A stretch of 64,000 bases of DNA from Octopus sinensis (taxonomy: Eukaryota): the NCBI RefSeq assembly GCF_006345805.1, contig NC_043021.1:10416001-10480000 (forward strand), in the 5' to 3' direction. A program made the translations under genes and the position numbers. This document shows positions 13,810 to 26,434 of the stretch, piece by piece (the stretch's first letter is position 1; each line of letters begins with the position of its first letter). The notes beneath the pieces were generated by a model, which made no database searches, was not told the DNA's origin, and was given only the letters and a program-made list of their open reading frames with translations.

Positions 13810-14340
13810 AAAAGACAGGGTGGTCGTGGGAGTGATTGCCTTTCATCATTGAACCAGACCATTACCAAGGAAGGAGCCTCTATGTGGTCGCACGACTTGC
13901 TAGAAATAGCAGCCAAATCTCTAAATTACACTATCCGCCAAAAAGGCAGGATGGTCATGGAAGGGAATTCCTTTTTATCATCGAACAAGAGCATAACCGA
14001 TGAAGGAGCCTCTCTATGTGGCCGCTCGAATTTGTAGAAATAGTAGACGGATCTCTGAAATTACTCTCTACCGCCAAGAAAGCAGGATGGTCACGATAAG
14101 GAATAACCGACGAAGGAACCGCTGTGCGATCGCTCGAATTGCTAGAAATAGCATCTGTATCTCTCCATCTCTTTGAAATTGCATTCTACCGATAAGAAAA
14201 GGGTGTCACACACTAGATAACGCAATCTCAGGTACTTCAGACTTCCGAAGATAGAATAGAATAGAATGGAATGGTTGTAACAGCTTTGAGCGCAGCTTCT
14301 CTCGTCAGGACTGACCAGTAGCTAAACAACAAGATAACAT
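13810..14340 (+). repeat. Tandem degenerate copies of an abundant repeat module (AGGATGGTCATGG ... TGCTAGAAATAGCAGCCAAATCTC)
   Basis: Seen: three to four imperfect tandem units. Fragments of the same module occur at about 85-150, 4600-4680, 21585-21720, 31620-31680, 36040-36200, 40300-40940 and 48770-48980. Confidence 0.65.
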
Positions 14341-15022
14341 TATCATCCATTAACGATTGCCGCCTCCCCCTGGGTTTTTGTTTCGTTCTCCATCCAAAGA
14401 GGGAAATTTCATTTAGAATTTTCTTCTTTCGTCTGGGTTCATTATTCAGTCCATCGCCACCTACCTTCTTTCTGTCATAAAAGTTGTTGCCATTAAGTTT
14501 AAACTGTTGTTTCGTCTCAATTCATGGCCGGAAGGTGTCCCAAACACGACCACCTCTCTTGTTTGCTATGTCTATCTATGACTTCATCGTCCAATGTGTG
14601 TCGGTTCTTCGTTTCGAATACAGTAGATAGTGTGATTTAAAGAGAGGGATTTATGTTATTTCTAGCGGGTCGAGCGACTCGCGTTGGCTCCGTTTTACCA
14701 TTTAATGAGGTGTGTTCGTGCGTATGCCTGAGTGGAATGCATACATGTGAGGGTTGTATGTATGTCTGTAAATGTATGCGAGTAGATTGTGTGTGCATTT
14801 GTGAGTGGAGTATGTGTTGTATGTGTGTTTGAGTGTGAGTAAACTGTGAGTGGAATGCGTGTGTGTATGGTGTATGTATGTGTCTTTAAGTATAATATAT
14901 ATGACTGCCAGAGAAAACGATGTGTGCATGTGTGTGTGAATAAAAGAAAGCTTTAAAGTAGGAGCAAGGGAATGTGGTAGAGTGTGCTTGTAAGAAATGC
15001 ACGATTGTGTGTGAATATATAT

Positions 15023-15093
<71 letters not shown>

Positions 15094-15844
15094 TATATGA
15101 TTGTGAATGAGTAAGTGCGTGTGTGAAAACATGTGCCTGCGAATAAAAGAATGTGTGTTATTAGCGAGACTAAGTGAAAGAGTTTAGCGAACTAATAAGT
15201 GTCTCTCTGTGTGAAAGTGAAAGATAGTGAATAAATACTACAGACGAGTGAAAGGCAAGTGTGGGTTAAATAGAAAACCCGAGTAAACCGAGTGTCGGCG
15301 CAGGTTTGTGTGTGATACAAAAAGAGAGCGACATGACAGCAATTTAAAACCGAGGGAATAATTGAATAGATAAAAGGACAAAGTACGGTGTTTCATAAGA
15401 AATTGGTTGGTCGTGTTTTAGCGGCTATGGAGTTTATTGTTACTGCTCTTTTAAGTGGGGCGACCTGTTTGTTGGCTGGTGAACCCTTGCAGTTTGTTCT
15501 GGTGACATAATGACAACTGTTCCATTTTGGTAAAGACTATTAAAGCGACAAACAACTGTCCTCCTTCCTTGACAAAAATATGTTTCCTTAAGAGACATTT
15601 CCGAGACATAATTAGCCCCACATGGGTGGGTGTGTGTGTCTACATATGCTTACTTGATATTAGTAATATCAGATTATTATTTTTTGTGGTTATTGTGGCG
15701 GCATGCATTATACAAGAATACGGCATGCATTATACAAGTAGCATGCATTATACAAGAACCGTTTACCCGACTCTCTCTCACCATGCATTCGTATAGTAAT
15801 ACGCTTCATATACTTAACAATATACACTGACATCTGTTACGCAC

Positions 15845-17210
15845 ACGTGTATATGTGTACATACATGTACATATATTTATATACATACACATTACACTTA
15901 TATTTACACACACCCATACATAGATACATGTATATATATATATATATATGTATGCACGCAATCGTGTATGTATATATGCATATACATACCTGTAGGTATA
16001 TGTATATATATACATGTATGTATATATATATATGTGTATATACAGACATGTATATATATATGTGTGTAGGTATATGTATATATATACATGTATGTATATG
16101 TATATATGTGTATATACAGACATGTATATATATATGTGTGTAGGTATATGTATATATATACATGTATGTATATATGTGTATATACAGACATGTATATATA
16201 TATGTGTGTGTGTATATATGTATATATATACATGTATGTATATATGTGTATATACAGACATGTATATATATGTGTGTGTGTATATATGTATATACAGACA
16301 TGTATGTGTATATATGTATATACAGACATGTATGTATATATATGTATATACAGACATGTATGTATATATATGTATATACAGACATGTATGTATATATATG
16401 TATATACAGACATGTATATATATATGTGTATATAGACATGTATGTATATATATGTATACAGACATGTATGTTATATATGTATATACAGACATGTATATAT
16501 ATGTGTATATAGACGTGTGTGTATATATATGTGTATATAGACGTGTGTGTATATATATGTGTATATATATGTATATATAGACATGTGTGTCTAAAAATGT
16601 ATATATAGACATGTGTGTCTAAAAATGTATATATAGACATGTGTCTATATATGTATATATAGACATGTGTCTATATATGTATATATAGACATGTGTCTAT
16701 ATATGTATATATAGACATGTGTCTATATATGTATATATAGACATGTGTCTATATATGTATATATAGACATGTGTCTATATATGTATATATAGACGTGTGT
16801 ATATATGTATATATAGACGTGTGTATATATGTATATATAGACGTGTGTATATATGCATATATAGACATGTGTGTATATATGCATATATAGACATGTGTGT
16901 ATATATGCATATATAGACATGTGTGTATATATGCATATATAGACATGTGTGTATATATGCATATATAGACATGTGTGTATATATGCATATATAGACGTGT
17001 GTATATATGCATATATAGACGTGTGTATATATGTATATATAGACGTGTGTATATATGTATATATAGACGTGTGTATATATGTATATATAGACGTGTGTAT
17101 ATATGTATATATAGACGTGTGTATATATGTATATATAGACGTGTGTATATATGTATATATAGACGTGTGTATATATGTATATATAGACGTGTGTGTATAT
17201 GTATATATAT

Positions 17211-17248
<38 letters not shown>

Positions 17249-17370
17249 ATATATATATACATGTATATATATATATAGACATGTATGTATATACAGACAG
17301 GTATGTATTAATGTATATACATACATGTGTATGTATACCCATATATACATGTGTGTGTGTGTACACACAC
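15845..17370. repeat. About 1.5-kb purine-pyrimidine alternating minisatellite with 24-26 bp higher-order units
   Basis: Seen: AGACGTGTGTATATATGTATATAT period 24 (17041, 17065) and 26-bp variants. It explains all ORFs between 15806 and 17409. Confidence 0.95.
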
Positions 17371-18009
17371 ATACATACACACACTAGTACTGTCGAACAA
17401 CAGCTGTGATATTATATAGACGGAATAATCTATATAATAACAGTCGCCATATTTGTGCCCAAATCTGTCTTTGAGACTAGCAAAGATAGAATATTTAAGT
17501 GGTTATTCTACGTTTGTCTGCTAGAAGACTTTGTCTTGCCTTAACTGTCATCTCTTCCCATCTCTGCCACGCCCATTTCATCTTTATTTCTTCCCTGCTA
17601 TGTGTGTGTATGTATGTGTGAATGTTACTTGTAAGCTACTTGTAGAAAATAAACCTGAGTAAAACTACAATTATGAATGTCTATGTAGATACACATATAC
17701 AGACTTAATCTGTCTCTCTAGTGTACACACACACATACATACATACATGCATGCATGCATGCATACATGCGTGTTCATATATACGTTTATGTATAGGAGG
17801 TGTGTATACTCGCCGACGTGCCTTATATGTACGGAAATGCATGTGCATATGCAACTCTAAGCTTTGCATTTCGCCTGCAAGTGTGCATCATACACGCATG
17901 CATGTGTAGCCTTATTTTTAGTTTATGTATCTGTGTGCGTACGAGCAATACATTCCATGACAGAACACGGAATCCAGTATCTTAGGTAAATTCTGTTTTT
18001 AGCGGTAGA

Positions 18010-18764
18010 CATCTGGGTTCAGATCTCGTCGAGGTCGATAAATAATCCTCACCAACACACGGGGGGAGTCGGTCGATTACATCTCGTTTCCACTGTCCTT
18101 ATTTCCCTACAAGCACTAAACCAGGTCGGCTTTCATCAGGTCTTCGTTCCGAGTTCAAACCCCGCCGAGGTCGACTTCACCTTTCAATCCTTTCGGGGTC
18201 GATAAAATAAAATAAAATATCAGTCACTCATTATGGTCGGATACAATCGACTTGTCCTTTCCCTCCAATTTGCTGGCCTTGTGTCTAGCAGAATCGCCAG
18301 CACGCCGGATAAAAATGCTGAGCGGCATTTCGTCCGTCTTTCTGAGTTCTGAGTTCAAATTTCGCCGAGGTCGACTTTGCCTGTCGTCCTTTCGGGAGTC
18401 GATAAAGTGAAGAACCAGTCGAGTACTTGGGTCGATGTAGTCTTCTAACCCCCACATCTTTCAAAATTGCTGACCTTGTGCCAAAATTAGAAAGGATTGT
18501 TATTAATACTAGCAGAACTTGAATTTGGAATGTTAAGCGAGGTATTAAGGCGGCGGAGCTGGCAGAAACGTTAGCACGCCGGGCGAAATGCGTAGCCGTA
18601 TTTCGTCTGTCGTTACGTTGTGAGTTCAAATTCCGCCGAGGTCGACTTTGCCTTTCATCCTTTCAGGGTCGATAAATTAAGTACCAGATGTAATCGACTT
18701 AATACTTATGTCTGTCCTTGTTTGTCTCCTCTATGTTTAGCCCCTTGTGGGTAATAAAGAAATA
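18010..18764 (+). mobile_element. Cluster of SINE family A fragments plus one full copy (18548-18764)
   Basis: Seen: four GAGGTCGA... central domains; AGGTATTAA at both 18540-18548 and 18764-18772. Confidence 0.8.
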
Positions 18765-19644
18765 GGTATTAACTCTCGTTTTTATGACGATGATAATAAT
18801 AGTAATAATAATAATTTAAGTATTAGTATTTGGTAGCTGGGGAGAGGTGGATTTGTAAAAATGTAACCTATGGCCAATGTAAGTAACCATTGCCTGATGT
18901 TTCCAACCCTTCACTTTCAGAATTCCTTTAAATCCCACCGGAATTGATACGGTGGGGTAGCATTGAGGCAGACCTAGGTCGATCTTTCTCAACAATACTT
19001 ATTATATATTAATTACCTCCTCGCTTCCACTACCCACCGCCAGTAATGGGTGGCCTTGCGTTTTTGTTAGACTTTATTATTATTATTATTATTATTAATA
19101 TTTGTGTTTTCCGTGCCAGGCTGCGTTAGGTGACACAAGTGTTGATGAAAGATGTCGGTTTGAGGTCAACAGTACTTAACAACATAAAGCTCGTAAAAAA
19201 AATATATATATATTAAAAATAGGGGGTGAAAAAACAACAAGAAACCCAAACTCATCGCGGCAAGTCTTCCTGCTTTTCAGATGACACATCAGTCGTGTGT
19301 GTCTTTTTGTCTTTGTCTCTCTCTCTCTCTCTCTCTCTTTATCTCTCTCTATCCTAATTCATGTGTAACAGGACCCACGATCAGCTGAAACTGATGATGC
19401 GTTGTTGATGATGACAGCTCACACAACCTCGTACAGTCACTCTCGCTCGCTCGGCTCTGATATCTTCGTATTATCATTTTTTGAAAAAAATTAAAACAAT
19501 TTCTCTGCCGCGTTTTCTACATAATTTATGTAGTGCTATGTGTGTAATTATGTATTATGATGATGTTCTAATCATTTCGTTATATGTAATTCCCAACACT
19601 TAATGTTTTCTACGCATTGCTTCGCCTCACCCTGGTGGCAAATA

Positions 19645-20470
19645 AAAGAAATCATTATTATAATAGTTCAAATTCTGCCTAGGTTGATTTTGCCTTTCAT
19701 CCTTTTGGGGTCGATAATTAAGTACCAGTTGAGTACTGGGGTCGATGTAATCGACTTAACCCCTCCTCAAAATTTCAGGCCTTGTGCCTATAGTAGAAAG
19801 GATTATTATTATTATTATTATTAAGGTGGCAAGTTAGCAGAATTGTTAGCACGCCGGACGAAATGCGTAGCGGTATTTTATCTGTCTTTACGTTCTGAGT
19901 TCAAATTCCGCTGAGGTCGACTTTGCCTTTCATCCTTTCGGGGTCGATAAATTAAGTATCAGTTGCATACTGGGATCGATCTAATCGAGTAGCCCCTCCC
20001 CCCAAATTTCGGGTCTTGTGCCTAGAGTAGAAAAGATTATTATTACTATTATTATTAAGGTGGCGAGCTGGCAGAATCGTTAGCACGCCGGACGAAATGC
20101 TTACCGGCATTTTGTCTGTCTGCCCGTTCTGAGTTCAAATTCTGCCAAGGTCAACTTTACCATTCATCCTTTTGGGGTCAATAAATTAAGTACCAGTGAA
20201 ACACTGAGGTTAAGGTAATCAACTAGTCCTCTCTCCCCAAATTTCAGACTTTGTGCCTATAGTAGAAAGGATTATTATTATTAAGGCGCTGAGCTGGCAG
20301 AATCATTAGCAGACCAAATGAAAAGCTTAGTGGTATTTCTCCTGTTGCTATGTTCTGAGTTCAATTTCTGCCGAGGTTGACTTTGCCTTTCATCCTTTCA
20401 GGGTCGATAATTAAGCATCAGTTGAGTATTGGGGTCAGTGTAATTGACTTAACCCCTCCCTTTAAATTCA
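19645..20470 (+). mobile_element. Four head-to-tail SINE family A copies separated by (TTA)n tails
   Basis: Seen: central domains at about 19680, 19915, 20145 and 20375; each unit ends AGAAA(A/G)GATTATTATT before the next GG(T/C)G head. Confidence 0.85.
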
Positions 20471-20534
20471 GTGCTTGTGAAAGGGTTATTATTTATTGTG
20501 CATTAATGCAATATATGTTTGTAGCTTGTGTGTG

Positions 20535-20866
20535 CAGATCCGATTATATTGGAATTTAGTGCGCAAAAAGATTTTCAGAGGGTGCGGAGAGGAGTTTCAG
20601 TGAATTCACACGAGCTGGCTTTGTTTCCTCATAACTTTCAGAAAAATGGGTATTTCTTATTGAAATTTGCTACAAATAACCCATTTTTCTGAAACAAAAT
20701 GGACTTGTGGGAATTTTCCAAAACTCCTCTCCCACTCTATAAAAAGAAAAACAAGAAAACTTTCGCAGCAAATTCTAATATAATCGGAATCTACACCATC
20801 TGAAGTGCGTATATAGGAAATTTCATTAAAAAGTACTCGTTTTTCTGAAGGTTATGAGGAAACAAA
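20535..20866. repeat. Foldback-like repeat with overlapping inverted segments
   Basis: Seen: GATCCGATTATATTGGAATTT (about 20537) vs AAATTCTAATATAATCGGAATC (about 20770); CTTTGTTTCCTCATAACTTTCAGAAAAA (about 20619) vs TTTTTCTGAAGGTTATGAGGAAACAAAG (about 20841). Confidence 0.7.
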
Positions 20867-21844
20867 GTTGGTGGTGGTGATGGGGTGCCTGCTGATGTTA
20901 ATATACGCACACAAATGCATCATAGGAAAATTAGAAGATGCGGTGTGTTATGTGCATAAATATTAGTTAATGATACACTTTAGGCATTAAAGTATAGAGT
21001 ATTAAACTTAGTTCACACTCTCTCTCTCTCTCTCACAAGCACGCAAAACAAAAATGGGCTTCTGCTGTGTGTGTGTCTACTTTCCAGGTGTTCTGGATGG
21101 GAATTCTTGGCAAACTGCAAATTTTTATGTAGTTGTAATTGCGTGCGTATATGTGCATACTTATAAAGTAGCAAGGGTGTGGAGGGAGAGAGAGAAAGAA
21201 AGAAAGCAAGCAAGGGGGGAAAGTGAAGAGGGAGCAGGGGAGTGTTCATTATTTTGTGGTACATCCTGAATGAAATACTTGAGAGAGAACGAGAGCTCTT
21301 AACAGTGCAAAATGTAAAACAGACCTAGTTTTAATTATATTTAACAACTGTGCCTCGTGCTGCCACACTGTGGCTAGAAACAACAGTGAATTTATAAATA
21401 GACCTAACAGCAGAAATCATGCAGGGCAGAGAAAGGGAGAAAGGGAGAATTTAGGAAAGCAAAGAAAAAATAAAAAAAAAGATATCTGGGCCTCAACCTA
21501 GAGACATGTGATATCATGAAAAAATTGTATTTTAAGATTAAGATAATGTTGGCAAGCTCTGGTTGAGCGGACTCGTAATCACGAGTCTAGCCATGACCAT
21601 CATTTTTACTATATCAGGGGCCATGTTTCTTCTCTGCTGTAACCTTTTTTATTGAAGCTTGTAGCATGTGGTTTAATGGAGGTTTGGCTGCTATTTCTAG
21701 CAGATTTAGTGACTTGTTGGACTGAAATGTGTATAAAATTGATGTATTGCAAATCCATTGATCTGTCCCAGTAGGTCAGGAAAATAATTAAAACTGATTG
21801 TGTTGCTGATAATGATGTAGAAATACTAGTTATTATAAGAGAAG

Positions 21845-22656
21845 TTTACTGTCCGGTCATATGGTTCTGGGTTCAGTCTCACTGCATGGCACCTGAGTCA
21901 AGTGTTTTCCACTCTAGGCCCAGGGCCAACCAAATCCTTGTGGGTGGATTTGGTTGGTTGAAACTGAGAGAAGCTTGTCATGCACACACGTATTCTTTTC
22001 TACTCTAGGCACAAGGCCTGAAATTTTTGGGGAGGGGACCAGTCGATTAGATTGACCCCAGTACATGCACCCATATATTTTCACACGACAGGCTTCTTTC
22101 AGTTTCCGTCTACCAAATCCACTCACAAGGCTCTGGTCGATCAGAGGCTATAATGGAAGACACTTGCCCAAGGTGCCACGCAGTAGGACTGAACCTAGAA
22201 CCATGTGGTTGGTAAGCAAGCTGTCTGATGAATGTCTAATAGGAATTTCTTTACATTACTATCTAACTTGTAAATGTTTGTAATTCCTATTACTTTCCCT
22301 TTTACTTGTTCCAGTCATTTGACTGCAGCCATGCTGGAGCATCGCCTTTAGTCGAGCAAATTGACTCCAGGACTTATTCTTTGTAAGCCTATTCTATCGG
22401 TCTCTTTGGCTGAATTGCTAAGTTACAGGGACCTAAACACACCAGCATCGGTTGTCAAGCGATGTTGGGGTGACAAACACAGACACACATACATATATAC
22501 GACGGGCTTCTTTCAGTTTCCGTCTACCAAATCCACTCATAAGGCTTTAGTCGGCCCGAGCCTATAGTAGAGAAGACACTTGCCCAAGGTGCCACGCAGT
22601 GGTACTGAACCCGGAACAATGTGGTTGGTAAGCAAGCTACTTACCACACAGCCACT
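21845..22656. mobile_element. SINE family B cluster: (+) 21845-21985, (-) 22083-22222, full (-) 22290-22656
   Basis: Seen: CORE-like GGCACCTTGGGCAAGTGTCTT domain in both orientations. Confidence 0.8.
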
Positions 22657-22894
22657 TTTTCCAAGTGTGCATGGGTTAGGAAATGGAACCCGTGTAATGG
22701 AGAGTAAATAATACCAAGAAATTTTCAATTTCCTGTTTTTTTATGCAATAACTCTGATGTTTCCATAATTCTCAATTTTAATATGTATTTTAAATAACAT
22801 ACTGAAGCGACTATAGACACATTGATTGTTAAAACGGAATTAGCAGCTGTACTTTAAGAGGAAACAGCTGAAAATTATCCTAACTAACTATATA

Positions 22895-22939
<45 letters not shown>

Positions 22940-23094
22940 TGTGACTGTGAAGACCCGACAAATGAAGTGAGTGCATGGTTCGCAGGATGGCCTGCTTTGC
23001 TAACCTAGGATCGTAGAGTGACCCGCTGTTCTTGAGGAGTCAAGTATGTCAACACCAACATCAAAATAATAATCAAATGGAAATTGTAGTTAAG

Positions 23095-23422
23095 ATACTC
23101 ACGTTGGTGACATGTAAAAAGCACCGTCTGAATGTGGCAGATGCCAGCACCCCCTGACTGGCGTCCGTGTCGGTGACACGTAAAGGCACCAACCGATTGT
23201 GGCCGTTTGCCAGCCACCTCTGGCCCCTGTGCCGGTGGCACGTAAAAAGAACCCACTACACTCACGGAGTGGTTGGCATTAGGAAGGGCATCCAGCTGTA
23301 GAAACACTGTCAGATCAGACTGGAGCCTGGTGCAGCCTCCTGGCTTCCCAGATCCTGGTCGAACTGTTCAACCCATGCTAACATGGAAAGCGGACGTTAA
23401 ACGATGATGATGATGATGATGA
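23095..23422 (+). mobile_element. Retroposon family C (GGAAGGGCATCCAGC core, (GAT)n 3' tail)
   Basis: Seen: ends GATGATGAT. Other copies at 27162-27420(-), 36385-36575(+), 43330-43640(+), 43700-44046(+), 49462-49640(-), 52915-53880(-) and 61240-61607(+). Confidence 0.8.
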
Positions 23423-24119
23423 AGGATTTTAAAATATTCATTGAAGAAGTGGCAGATACAATGTTCAGTAACATCTGGAATAGGTCAAAAGGCTTTTCAA
23501 AGTTTGTGTCATGAAAAATTGAAAATTTACACTAACAATGGTGTTCATTTGTTGAACAATATCAATTTTATTTATTGTTTGACTTCATCATCATCATCGA
23601 TGTTGTTTTTATGTTCACTTTTCCAAGTGTGCATGGGTTGGACAGATTTTGCTTTGTTAGAGCTTTCTATGACTGGATGGCATTCCTGTCACCTATCATC
23701 ATTATCTGTTTCCAAGTAAGGTAATATTTCCCCTGAGCAGATGGGTTTTCGCTGAAACTTGGAAATAAAAGACACCGCTTGCGTGATGGTGACACTCATT
23801 TACATCTATTATACAAAGTCAAAGCAGTGAGACAGTAACACACGCATACACAAATGCAACTATCACTCCATCGGTTACGACAACAATCCAATCAACGGAA
23901 CACCTCACTCATGAAATTAACATGTATGTGGCTGAGCACTTCACAGATATGTGTACCCTTAATGTAGCTCCGAGGGAGATTCATTCAGTGTGACACAGAG
24001 TGTGATAAGGCTTGTATCAGAGTGTGATAGGGATTGTATTTAAAGCTCTTTAAATACAAACCTTTGACTCTGTAACACTGTATATAAATTCTCTACTGGG
24101 AATGACCAAGTTTAAAAAT

Positions 24120-24631
24120 CTGCTCGATCTCACTCATAAGGGAATCTTACATTGCTTATAAACTCTATATTTGGAAGGACACATTTTAAACTCTGTTGGA
24201 CTTTTGGACTTTACTCATAGGATATTGGAATATTGCATATATACCATTATGCCTGTAAAATGGATTTACAACTTCAATACCCATACGTTTCTTGCATCTA
24301 TTTTCTTTCCTCCACCTCACTCTCTATTTTGTGTCACATCTAAACTAACTATGACTTAGCTATCCTTTCACACCGTCTCTGATGAAGGGATATTATTAAT
24401 AAATATCCTAGAAACAGCTGTAAGACCTATCTATAAATGCTCTAATATCTACACAGCCTTGGTTTTTTTATCTTATTACGCAAAAAATTCTTATATACAC
24501 ATGCTGACATAGAACCAATGTTGAACCCTTTATTCACAATATTACTGAATCTGGAACTTAACTATGGTCTGTCTATAGCACTTATTCAGCATTACCTGAC
24601 ACCTTTGGGTCTCAATGACACCATTATCTCC
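24120..24631 (+). mobile_element. Penelope-like element 3'/pseudo-LTR fragment, family P1, containing a hammerhead motif
   Basis: Seen: homologous to 42385-42870(-) and ends at a (TA)n tract. Knowledge: PLE pseudo-LTRs carry minimal type-I hammerheads. The PLE assignment is inference from that motif. Confidence 0.6.
24375..24426 (+). ncRNA. Minimal type-I hammerhead ribozyme motif, core intact
   Basis: Seen: stem I GTCT/AGAC; CTGATGA 24379-24385; stem II GGGATATT/AATATCCT with unpaired A on each side; GAAA 24411-24414; palindromic stem III ACAGCTGT; GUA site, predicted cut after 24422. Confidence 0.75.
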
Positions 24632-24640
24632 TATATATAT

Positions 24641-25206
24641 ACTAGCAGTATCGCTCGGGTTTGTAAGGGAAATAACTATATAAGCATTTTTAGAGAGTTA
24701 TAGCAAAAAAATTAGCAAAAAAATGCATTAAAAATGGAATAAAAAATGATTGTAAATTTTTTTTAAATCGTAGACTCATCGTAGACACTTTCTTAGCCAT
24801 TTCTGTTTTGGTGTCTTCAAGCCATGAAGTCGTTGTTCTAAAAGAACGCTGGTCTCCTTGACAATGCTTTACGACGTTGATTTCCTTACACTCCCTTCCC
24901 CACAGCTTCACGAGGGAGGGAAGAAGGGGGAGAAGCAACACAGGTGCAGGTGTGACCATGGACGCCAACTCCACCGCCATCGACACATGAAAAAATATGC
25001 GTTAAAATGGAAAAAAATGATGTTAAATTATTTTTAAAATTGTAGACTCATCATAGATGCACGCTAATACCCAGACGGGCTCGATATGAATCATGACTAT
25101 AAGATACCCGAATTTGGTTAAACTGCACCGCAAAATGTGGGAGTAGTTAGGAATCTAAATCGAAGGGGACAGACACTGACACAACTACAGTTTTATATAT
25201 ATAGAT
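24641..25206 (+). mobile_element. Non-autonomous Helitron/Helentron-like element
   Basis: Seen: begins ACTAGCAGTATCGCTCGGG in a TA tract, ends TTTTATATATATAGAT, with an internal direct repeat of about 45 bp (24740-24787 / 25008-25056). Class inferred from terminal motifs. Confidence 0.5.
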
Positions 25207-25429
25207 ATATATATAAAGTTCAGCAAAATTTAGATTCAAATGAATATGGTACTTAAGTCAGATGCACCAGAATTTTGTATGGTGTTATCCATATAAATCC
25301 ATGGGGTAATTATAATCAAAATAAGCAACATATATATATATATATATATTCAAATAAACACTCCAAAGAAATATAAACAGGATGTATTTCCTGGACTAAA
25401 AAGTTCATTGGTTGACCAAGATACCTTCA

Positions 25430-25720
25430 TGGAATGTGAGCAAAGGAGGTTTGCAGTCCACACACTTCTTACATCGGTGTTTGCATCCTATTGGTGAAGG
25501 AGCTTTCATCCTGTTGTTCAAAAAAGTAGTCAACAGCTGATATGACGTAACCATCACTTCAACACTGGTTTCCAGCAAAATGTTTTGGACCCTTGGTAAA
25601 GCAGGAGCATCATCCCCTAATGTAGCAACCATGTCAGCATGAATATTATTGGGAGCTAAATCCTTTTCTGCAGGTACTTGATAACCCCACAATGCCAAAT
25701 TTTGTCAATTTTTCAAGAGA
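25430..25720 (-). mobile_element. Internally deleted mariner transposase remnant (N- and C-termini fused)
   Basis: Seen: minus-strand GVIKYLQK-KDLAPNNIHADMVATLGDDAPAL (mariner N-terminal HTH region) joined to VISAVDYFFEQQDES...HRCKKCVDCK (mariner C-terminus), with frameshifts. Confidence 0.75.
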
Positions 25721-26003
25721 AGTTACTATTAGTTACTTTTGAAGTTTTCTTTGAACACTGAGATATGAGTTTACCTGGAAAGAAACGAGAGGTATTAATA
25801 AAAAACATTGAAAGATTTTAAAGGAAGCAGAGCAAGTGATAAGAATTAGAGTCCTATCTCTCTGACCTCTCATGTTAGCAAAGCCATGGCATACATTGTC
25901 AGAAGAAAATGGCTGGAACTGTCTGTCTGAATCCTATTAATTAGCATACAATTTGACTTCTTTCCAGGAAGGAATTGCCTTAAACAGTTACTATAGTATT
26001 ATG

Positions 26004-26371
26004 ACTGGGTACTGAAACAGCTCAACCATTCTAATGTGGATGCGTTATATCTCACCTCTGGCAAGGCCTATGACAAAATTTATCATGAGATGATTTGTCA
26101 CAAACAATATGACCTTAGTTTTGTTACAAAACTAGGTGAGTAGTTACATGATTTTTTCAAAAGACAGGATTCAGACAGACAGTTCCAGCCATTTATTCTT
26201 AGTGGAATCTCTCAGGAAACTGCACTAGGATTGCTACTGTTCATTGTGGCTCTCTTAGACATACAGTCAACCACTATCATCAGGTATGCTAATGATACAA
26301 AAGTATAACAAACAGTCAAGGACCTTGATGATACCTCAAAATTACAGAAAGATCTGAATGCTGTATTTTAA
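26004..26371 (+). mobile_element. Degenerate CR1-type LINE reverse-transcriptase remnant
   Basis: Seen: translates to ...KAYDKI...SGISQETALGLLLFIVALLDI...RYANDTKV...LQKDLNAVFK, matching RT motifs SGVPQGTVLGPLLF and YADD with stops. It probably resumes at about 27040 after the SINE array. Confidence 0.8.
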
Positions 26372-26434
26372 GAGGGCACTTCAGCTCACAGTCTATAATC
26401 AGAATATACAAGACTATAATCAGAATACACAAGA

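Noticed and set aside
15806-17409. Many long ORFs (up to 268 aa) rich in Y/I/H/T/M/C/V
   Set aside because: They are translations of TA/TG/CA repeat arrays, which lack stop codons in several frames; no protein signal. The same applies to 30650-31393, 45225-45737 and 51749-52016.
22224-22260. Other CTGATGA matches (22224, 37276, 34033)
   Set aside because: No stem II closed by GAAA and no stem I/III complementarity.
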